A stretch of DNA of 64,000 nt, from NCBI GenBank assembly GCA_001244265.2, contig CDLV01000017.1, forward strand, positions 434,001-498,000, in the 5' to 3' direction. This DNA is from Microbotryum violaceum (taxonomy: Eukaryota). Below, one piece after another: positions 49,128 to 64,000 of this stretch; the first letter of the stretch is position 1; every line of letters starts with the position of its first letter. The notes under the pieces are model-generated. The model saw only the letters and a program-made list of their open reading frames with translations. It did no database searches and was not told where the DNA came from. The position numbers were made by a program, and so were the translations under genes.

Positions 49128-49342
49128 AGTTGGTGTGTTGGGAATGAGGGTTAGGAATGGCGCGTTCATTGGTAATCTGTTTAGAAGCGCTCGTCTGTTT
49201 AGTGAAGCCTGGCGATTCGCACCAACCGTTGTCTTCTCTCCACGGTTGGATTACACGCTCGTCAGGTACGCATGTTTAGCTTTACAGCCGCTTTCGCTGC
49301 AATCAACTCACGGTTGGATTACACGCTCGTCAATCTCTTATT
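49128..49342 (+). repeat. 5' LTR of Copia C (internal 24-bp direct repeat at 49241-49264 and 49309-49332)
   Basis: Nearly identical to 59102-59315. Confidence 0.92.
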
Positions 49343-49350
49343 TGGTAGCG
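49343..49350 (+). promoter_or_regulatory. Primer-binding site of Copia C, complementary to the tRNAiMet 3' end (Ty1-type)
   Basis: TGGTAGCG directly after the LTR; the Ty1 PBS begins TGGTAGCG. Confidence 0.7.
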
Positions 49351-52300
49351 TCTGTATTGCCGCAAGGCACAGATCCGCACGCAGAAAAGACGCAGCGCAT
49401 ATCCAAGATGGCTACGACCACGGTGAATTCCGGGTCCGCAACTCATCGCGGCCTTATGGGCGACCTGTATGGCAATGTCGACGCCACAAATTGAGGAACG
49501 GCCAAGGATCGACTCCAACGGGTGTTGGAGGGCGATGGCCGGTTCAAGCATGTCACGACCGAACTCAGCGTTGGCCCCGAGCCCGAAGAGTCCGAGTTCA
49601 CCCACCCGTACGCTGGGTGGCTCCACTGTGGCCGACGTAGCCACGTTCCGTACACAACTTCGGAACTACCGTCATGACGTCGACGACCTCGATCAAGCCT
49701 TGGCGCAGGCCCGCAACATCTTGTTCGTGTGCCTGGGGGAGGCCACGTTCGCGCGCATCGCAGACCAGCCAACGCACGAGCTGTGGGCGGCCCTCGATAA
49801 GGATCTTGGCGCCGCATCACACGACTTCGAGCGGTCGGCGAAACTCGATGCGCTTTTTCAATACCAAGCTTACGTCGATGGAGACCCTCTCGACCCTTGG
49901 TTGTCGCGCTTCAACCGGCTGTTCATCGATCTCAACGCCGCGCATGTTTCCCGCGACAAGGCCTACCAGCGCGCCAAGATCGACGGGGTCAAGTACACGC
50001 AAGCTGAGTTTGACAAGTGGGTTCCGCCGCCTGCGTTGTCGGAAGGCATCCGCATGGACCTCTTGAAAGCGAGAATGCCACGGCCTATTGTCACGGTTAT
50101 CGACGCCCTCGGCCCTATCCCGTCGCTCAGTGATGTGGAGGGCGCGATTCGTCGCGCGGCGATGTCTCGCTCTTCCGGCACCGACGTCGCCGAAGCCCTC
50201 GCGGCAAAGACTCAGGGTCGTCGCAGGCGCCCCGCTCGTTCGTCAGGCAAACCGAAGTCCAGCTTTCTCTCGGCTTCGAAGGTACCGGGTCTCGTGGACA
50301 AGTGGCCGCACGGGGTTGCGCAGAACGGTCGCCTGAGGCTGGGCCCGTCGCAGTGTCGGAAATGCTAGAATGTACCGTCCCCTCGACCAAACTGTCCCGT
50401 CGCCGGGTTGCCGTCTTAGCCAAGCATAACATCTCCATCGGCGCGGCCGAGGCGATGGCGCTCGTGGCTGAATACGGTCCCGACCCATCGGTTGACGACG
50501 ACTCTTACGAGAACTATTTTGCCGAGGTTGCCCTTGACACCGAAGTCTCTGCGCTGTACTTGCACGACGGTCCCCGCTACCTCCTCGACTTGAGGGCGAC
50601 GCGCCACATGACCACTCGTCGGGATCTCTTGGTCGACTTCCAGCCTTTCACGACGGAGCGGGTGCGCGTAGTCGGCGCTTTCAAGTCCAGCGCCATGGCT
50701 GTCGGCAAGGGCACCCTTCGCTTTGACGCCAATGGGGCGCCTCTCGAGCTCCGCGACGTCCTTCTTGTCCCGGGTCTGTCCGCCGAGCTCGTCTCTCTTG
50801 CCAGTCTCATGAAGGATGGGTACCAGCTGTCTGGGATTTGTGACACCGCGGGCGAACACTCTGGTCTCACCGTCTCGGGCCCGGCTTCGAGTCTCACCTT
50901 CGCTCTCGATCGCAACCACTACGTTCTCCAGGCGAGTCCGGCCTCACCTCCTCTGGCGGATCACCAAGCGCTGACAGCCACCTCCTTGCCTACAGATGTA
51001 GTGCTCTGGCATCAGCGTTTGGGTCATCTGTCCTGGGGTCGTTTGGTAGAACTTGCTAAGTCGGGCGACATTCCCCTCGACATCTCTGCTGTAACCCGGT
51101 ATCGACTTCGTCTCCTTGATCAGTGCGACGCCTGCTGCTCCGCAAGGCCGTGTCTGCCCCCAGTCGTGAGGCTGCCCACCACCCCGCCGACGCACCTTTC
51201 GCTCGGGTCTTCGCCGACGTGTGGGGGCCTTCCCCTGTCCCTGCTCTCTCCGGCGTCCGATATCTGTGCGGTATCACGGATGAGTACTCGCGTTTCCGCT
51301 GGGCTCACGGCATTCGGCTCAAGAGCGAGGCTTCGTCCGTACTCAAGGGCTTCGTTGCGATGTCAAAGATCCAGTATGCTGGCTCGGGAGTGGCGACCTT
51401 GCGCATGGATAGGGGAAGTGAGTTCGTCAACAACAACCTCCGGGATTGGCTTGCTGAGCGGGGCATTTTTCACGAGCTATCCACGGCATACGAGCACGGT
51501 CAGATGGGCATACAGGAGCGGAGTTGGCGCACGATTTTCAACTCTGTAAGGGCGTGGCTTCATCGTTCGGGACTGCCGTCATCGCTGTGGGAAGAGGCTG
51601 CGCAGGCGGCCATCTACGTTATCAACCTCCTCCCGTCGTCGCCTCTGCAGCAGCGCACCCCTGATGCCGTTCTTCACGCCGCTGCGAGTCCCGTTACGTC
51701 CACCCGTCGTCCCCGCATCAATCGTGTCAAAACCTGGGGCTGCGCCGCCCAGGTACCGTTCGCTCCCGAACAACGTTCCAACAAGCTGGCTCCGCGTTCG
51801 CGCCTGTGCTACTTTGTTGGGTACTCTTTGCGCTCTAAGGCCTGGCACTTCTACGACCCGGTTGGCAACAAGGTTTTCGAGTCGTCTCAGGCCAAGTTCT
51901 TTGAAGATTGCTTCTTCCCCGCCGCAGCAAACCCTGTACCTACTGTTGTTGCGCCCGCCATTCTGTCCTATCCGTCCGTCCCGCGCAGAGTTCCTCCGCC
52001 TGACCTTCCCCTTGACGACTACAATACTGTCAATCCTGCGGGCGTCGCACCCGCCGTCGCGGCTGCTCCCGCTGTTGCCCCCGCCGTTGCTGCCCCACCC
52101 GCGGCTGGTCCGGTCGACATTGTGGCCCCACCTGTCCCGCCCTCCCTCGTGTTCTCCAACCCGGGTCCGGCGAACGCCCCTCCTGTGGGTGATCGTTCCA
52201 CTCGTGCTCGTTGCCCCCCTGACTACCTGGGTTTTGCCCGCGCGGCTCACGACTTGGAGTTCGCCGCGCACGCCTCCGTCTCGATTGAGGACTTTGACGA

Positions 52301-52773
52301 GGACGATCCCGACGTCCAGCTGTACTCGTACGAGGAAGCGACTGCCTTTCTTGCCAAAGTCGACAAGGACAACACCCCTTCCGCTCGTGCGGCACTTGCT
52401 GGTCTGTTCCGCGACTACTGGCTGGCGGCCATGGCAACCGAGGAGGGCGCACTGGCGGCGAAGCAAACATTTTCCAAGCCGCTTTGTCCCCCTTGCGGGG
52501 CTATCATAATTGGCAGTATGTGGGTCTTCATGGTGAAGCGCAACGCCGAGGGCAAAATCGTAAAGTACAAAGCCCGCCTCGTTGCGCGTGGGGATATGCA
52601 GAGGCGGCGGGGTGAGCAAATTGACTCATTCTCGCCTACTGGCCGCGCCGCCTCCCATCGCCTGCTGCTCGCCCTTGCCGTTGAGAACGAGTGGGAGACC
52701 CGGCAATTTGACGTCTCGTTGGCATACCTCAACGGCAATCTCGGTGGGACGGAGATTTACATGCGTCTGCCCA

Positions 52774-53304
<531 letters not shown>

Positions 53305-53568
53305 TGATCTTGACCCCGCTTCCATACTGTACCGTGCCATTGTCGGCAAGCTTCTGTATCTGTCCGGCACTACTCGGCCCGACATCGCTTTCGCCGTGTC
53401 CAAGGCTGCTCGTTTCTGTAACAACTTCGAGGCCGAACATTGGAAGGCGCTCAAGCACATTCTCCAGTACCTTGTCGGCACTCGTAACTTTGGCATTATA
53501 CCAGAAAACCCATCAGCCAATGTCGGCCATATTGGAGGGTTTTGTCGACGCGGACCATGGTGCCGACC

Positions 53569-53754
53569 TGCAAGGCCTGAGGCCTTTGCCCGAGGTACAA
53601 TGGAAGGCGATAGAACTTTTGGCTTAGTTGAATAGCTTGCGCGCGCCTAGAACCTCCCTTGGCTTTTGCCAGCTCACTGACCCAAGGTTCTAGTGAATTA
53701 CTATTGTTTGATCCTGTCTATTGTTCTGGAGCACCGCTGCACGTGGTGCTTCCA
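53569..53754 (+). repeat. 5' LTR of the Gypsy (186 bp)
   Basis: Matches 58411-58653 except for a 57-bp gap. Confidence 0.95.
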
Positions 53755-53766
53755 ATTTTTTTTTGA

Positions 53767-59315
<5,549 letters not shown>

Positions 59316-59680
59316 GTGGCATGTATGTTCTCTTGCATTCAAACTTGGCTAGGACGCTATAGGCACATTTGCTTTGTCCTCGAGCTGATGGGAAAGAGTG
59401 AGCAGGCTGGCGGAAAGGGGCCCATCGGGAAAACTCGACGCCGCCGATGCCTAATGAGAAGCAAGGGATTGCGACCGACCCAGCAACAAGCAAACTTGCG
59501 TGATGCCCCAGCACTCCGTTAGAAACTGTGTGCAGCCTTATCGATGAACGTCGCCGGCCCCTGCCTGACGAGCCCCTTTCGGGGGTGCCTTGCTGTGCTC
59601 TCCTAAAATATCACGGCCCTCGGAAGCTCCGTTCACTATCGGGGAAGACAACGTGTTGGCATCGAAGACCTGCTCCCTGG

Positions 59681-59714
59681 AACCGCCTACCTAGGTAACC
59701 GCCTACCTAGGTAA
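59681..59714. repeat. 16-bp tandem repeat (AACCGCCTACCTAGGT)x2 with a palindromic ACCTAGGT core
   Basis: Read directly from the sequence. Confidence 0.8.
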
Positions 59715-59861
59715 TTAACTCTGGACGATTTTCCTGTACAATATCTGACATGCGTACAACCTAGCTTGTACTGCAAGTACCTACCTACGAGGGTACGACT
59801 TGCATACTACTGGTGGATTACGGACCCCTTTTTCTCCATACTTTGCCTCTTCTCGCATAGT

Positions 59862-62800
59862 CGTTGAAGTTATGAATTGTCTAGCCTGAGGTTGGGGTCG
59901 AAGCAGTTGCAAATACTCTAGAATCTTGGCGTCTGATTCGAGGCGGTTCAATACGTTAGATCGCTCAGTTCACTATTGCAATGATACCGTGAGTACTACT
60001 GACTTGATTCGAGGCGGTTCAATACGTTAGAACGCTCGAATCAGAAGGAAGCTAAGAGAAAGTCCGCGCGCGTTCGCGCTCATGTAGCCTGCAGAGTGTA
60101 CTCCTCAAGTGTCTAACTCAACACCCCTTCTCGCTCTAAGGCCTACATGATACCCATCCCTATGGCCGCCCTATGCTTCTCTAGTGCCGGTCTCGTCAAC
60201 GCCTTTGTAAACATGTCGGCGAGCATCTCGGCGGTTGGAAGATAGTTAACAACAATGTCACCTTCTCGTACCCGTTCTCGAACGAAATGCTCCGTCAGGC
60301 GTAGGTGCTTGGTTCGATCGTGGAACACCGGGTTCTTTGTGAGAGCTATCGCGCCTTGATTGTCGCCTTTCAGCTCGATGGGCCCACAGATCGTGATCCC
60401 CAATTCCGCGAGCAAATTTCGCAAGAGCTGACACTCTCGAGACGCATTAGTAAGGCCGATGTATTCCGCTTCCGTTGATGACGTCGCCACTCGGCTCTGG
60501 ATCCGAGAACTCCAAGAAATTGGCACGTCAGCCAGCTTGAAGACATGCCCCATCGTAGATCGGGACGTGTTGATGCAGGAACCCCAGTCCGAATTCGAGT
60601 ACCCCACGTATCCAACCAACGCATCACGTTTCGCCTTGTAGACATTTCCGAGGTCGAGAGTTCCCTTGATGTAGCGTAGAATCTTCACAACTGCCGCCCA
60701 ATGGTCGCTGCCCGCCTTGTTCGTGAATTTTGCCAAATACGACACCGGGTATGCCAGATCAGGCCGAGTTGCAACGACGGCGTACATCAACGATCCAATC
60801 GCCGATCTGTACTGTGTCTGTAACGAGGGATTCGGAGTGTCGCAGGGTTTGAGCTGAAGACCCGGTTGCATTGGTAATACATTTTTGTTAGCATCCGCCA
60901 TGCCAAACCTTGCAAGTACATCGAGCAAATACTGTCGTTGCGACAACGCAATCCCGTCCGCTTGACGAATGAGCTGGACGCCAAAGATGTACACTGCATT
61001 GCCGAGACATTTGACTCCGTACAATCGATCCAATTCATCGAGCACGCGATCAATTCCGGATAAGTCGGGACCAACAAACAGCAAGTCGTCGACGTAAACC
61101 GCCATGTAATGATCGTCTTTGCCAAGTGTCCGACGATAGACACACTCTTCGCTCCAAAGACGATTGTAACCAAGCTTGACGAGGGTCTTATGGATCGTCT
61201 CGTTCCATACCCGGCCGGCCTGCTTGAGACCGTAGATCGAGCGGTGCAACTTGAGACAGACATTGCCGGGCAGTCGGATTCCCTCCGGTACGCGCATGTA
61301 CAATTCCTCTTCAAGTTCGCCATGCAAATAGGCCTTGTCAATGTCCGCTTGGATGATATGGTAACCCCGGGCCGCCGCCAACACGATGAGAGTACGAATC
61401 GAGACAAACTTCGCTGTCGGTGCGAACGTCTCTTTGAAGTCAATTCCCGGCCGTTACGTGAAGCCTCGTGCAACAAGTCGAGCTTTGTACGAAGTCGGCC
61501 GACCATCCTCGTCCCGTTTCGTTCGGAAAACGAATTTGGACCCGAGAACCTTGGCGCCGGCGGGAAGCTCGTCTCGTTTCATAATCGTAAAGACCGAGTA
61601 ATCATCACGCAATGACTCAAACTCATTGATTGCACCTTGCGCCCATTCGTGAGACTTGTGGTGGGCCATGGCTGCCTTCCAAGTCGTGGGATCACTAGTC
61701 GGCAAAACAAACGGACAGTCCTCCTCGTCGGAATCGGCGACGGCTGCGAAGGCCTCCGGTTCGAAACGCTCAGGCGCTCTACAATCCCACTTTCCGACTG
61801 GTGCTGCCCAAGCAGGTCCGGGAGCTTCAAAACGCAGCTCCTTTGGTACATCTTCCACAACTGGTCCGTGTTGCTCGGCGGGGTCAATGTCGTCAACCGG
61901 ATTTTCCTCCAGGGCGTGTACCTCGACCTCCGGGGCCGCGGCAATTGGCTATTGCGCAGCTTCATGGCGATTTGTCGCGACTGGTCGAGGTACGACTACT
62001 TCGATCGCCTCAATCTCGGTGTCCTCGGTGCTGGCGCGCCTTCACGGGCCGGGAACTTGTCCTCGAAGAACGTTACGCTTCGCAATAACGTTAACCGCCC
62101 CTTCACCGGGTCCCATAGGCGGTAGGCTTTGGATTCTAGGTCGTATCCGAGGAGAATCATCGGAAGGCCCCGTGGCTGGAGCTTCTTACGTTGTTCGGTA
62201 TTCGCCGTGTGCCAAGCTCAACATCCGAAGACCCGTAAGTGATGAACGTGGGCAGGTTTCCCGGTCCATTCCCGAAATGGCACCTGGAACGATTCTTCAC
62301 ATACACGTATGTAGCCACAGCTTCGGCCCAAAACACCGTGGGCAGACCGGACTCATAGAGCATCGTTCGAGCTGCTTCCGAAATCGAGCGGTTGGCCCTT
62401 TCGGCGACACCATTTTGCTCGGGCGTGCTGGGGATCGTGAGTTGTCGCGACAAACCCGTGTCGTCCAACCATCGCTTAAACTCCGTCGAAAGGAACTCGC
62501 CACCGCGGTCCGAACGGACAACTTTCAAAGTGTGCCCTGATGACAGCTCGACCCGTAGTTTCCACGTTTTGAACCTTTCAAAGGAGTCTGACTTCTGCGG
62601 CATCGTCAACACCCACATGTACCGCGTACAATCGTCGACGATAACTAGCGCGTAGCGATGATTTGCAAGTGACAGCTCGCCGTCGAAGGACAAAAGATCG
62701 ATGTGGACGAGATCGAGGGGTTTTCCGGATCGCGATTCGGAGTTTGGGAATGGCTTGTGCGTAGCTTTGCCGGCCAGACACGATTCGCATTTTAAGTCAC

Positions 62801-64000
62801 TGCGAGACTTCATGTTCAAACCTATCACAGCGTCAGACTTGGACAGCTGGTGAAGGGAATGGCAGTGCAGATGAGCAAAACGTCCGTGCCAGATATGGAG
62901 AGGCACTGCTGTCAGAGCTGTGGCTGACGCACAATCAAGGGGTGCACTTCGAGCTTGAACCGACTTGAGTTCCAGACGGTACAACCCCAAATTGAGCTTC
63001 TGTCCCGTAAGTAGGATGTCGTCATTTCCCGCCAGCTTGAATCGCCCGTTTTGAATGGTGATTTTGCGACTATCACGATCGGCTCGATGCCCGGCGAAGA
63101 GATTGGCGGGGGCACTAGGGACGAAGATGCTGTTGACCAGTTTGTACCTCTTGCCGTTCTGGTCTTCGACGCAGGCCGTGCCTACTCCCATAATGGTCTT
63201 TCCCTCACCATTGATGCCCTTCAACGAAGACGGAGCTGTCGCCTTCAGGTCGGCGAACGCGGCAGGATCATTGATGACGTGATGAGTCGCTGCCGTGTCG
63301 TAGAGGATCATTTCTCGAGAGTGTCCCTTTGGTAATTGCGTGAAGAACGCGCCAACGGAATCGGTCCCCAGCAAGTCTTCAACCGAAGGGAGCGCCAAAT
63401 CCGCCATCGGTTCCTCGCCTTTGGTCGTCTTGCGTCGTGGAAACTTCCTCTTCTTCGGCTTCGGTTGGGCACCAGTCGTGGCCAACAACGCCGTCGCAGC
63501 GTTCCCAGTATCTTGTCTCAAGTTTGCTGGAGCTCGATCTGCTGCGATCACTGTGTCGACAGTTGGCATCGCATCGACGCCTTTGGAATCGAACTGATCC
63601 AGATACGACGGTCGTCGAGCCCCCACAATCACAATGAGGTGGCATGCAACCACTTGATCGAACGTCAACTTGTGAGCCCGTAGGTCAGTTGTGAGGTGAG
63701 TAATGGATCCGGCCCAAGGAAGATAATCGTCTTCCTGTGCTGGTGGCGGTCCGACCGAGAACTTCTTTCCGACCTGCGTGATAATGCCGCGAAGGGAAGA
63801 CCGACCGAGGTGCTTTCGAAGGTATTCCACCGTCTGCTCCGACGTCATGTCGTAGCACCTGACCAGAAGATGCGCCACACTTTCCGAGCAGGTTTGATGC
63901 ATTGCCTTGTGTACCGCATCATGAGCTCGATCGAGTTCATCGTCGTCCTTGCATTTAGCAGATGGGTACTGCTTGGGAAAGGAGAGCTGCCACTGACGCC
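59862..64000 (-). mobile_element. Ty1/Copia LTR retrotransposon D (degenerate), extending past the window end; 3' LTR ~59862-60123
   Basis: Minus-strand PPT GAGAAGGGG then TGTTGAG at 60123; 27-bp internal LTR repeat at 59934-59960 and 60005-60031. Far LTR end uncertain. Confidence 0.88.
60143..63902 (-). pseudogene. Copia D gag-pol, frameshifted
   Basis: YDTAATHH, WHGRFAH, RSDRGGEF, PEQNGVAER, YKARLVARGF, IYGLKQAGRVW, VYVDD, SSTEAEY, ADMFTKAL. Confidence 0.9.

Noticed and set aside
49136-49332. Canonical TG...CA framing of the Copia C LTR
   Set aside because: LTR identity extends beyond these points on both sides, and no TSD flanks them.

Overview
AT/GC-balanced, intron-rich fungal DNA, most likely a basidiomycete. 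Pucciniomycotina/Microbotryomycetes is inferred from gene style and TCG-biased transposon decay. Nine spliced host genes are recognisable: a 3xKH RNA-binding protein, a DNA2/NAM7 SF1 helicase, a Siz/PIAS SUMO ligase, the ADP/ATP carrier, TEF1, a 14-TM MFS transporter, a beta-TrCP-like F-box/WD40 protein, an epoxide hydrolase and mitoribosomal uL4m. They are interleaved with two transposon islands. Island 1 (13.6-26.9 kb) is a CxC1-KDZ (Kyakuja/Dileera/Zisupton) DNA transposon bracketed by ~130-bp imperfect inverted repeats. It holds a Copia element that itself holds an inverted Copia (190-bp LTRs, AGGAG TSD). Island 2 (43.9-64 kb) comprises an L1-clade LINE, a Copia with non-canonical AG...TT LTR termini (GTGGC TSD) carrying a nested chromodomain Gypsy (CGACC TSD), and a further Copia running off the window end. 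The most notable points are the AG...TT Copia, the bounded KDZ element, three apparent reverse-transcription priming modes side by side, and TCG>TTG hypermutation in the TEs. Coordinates were read by eye, and no database searches were run.
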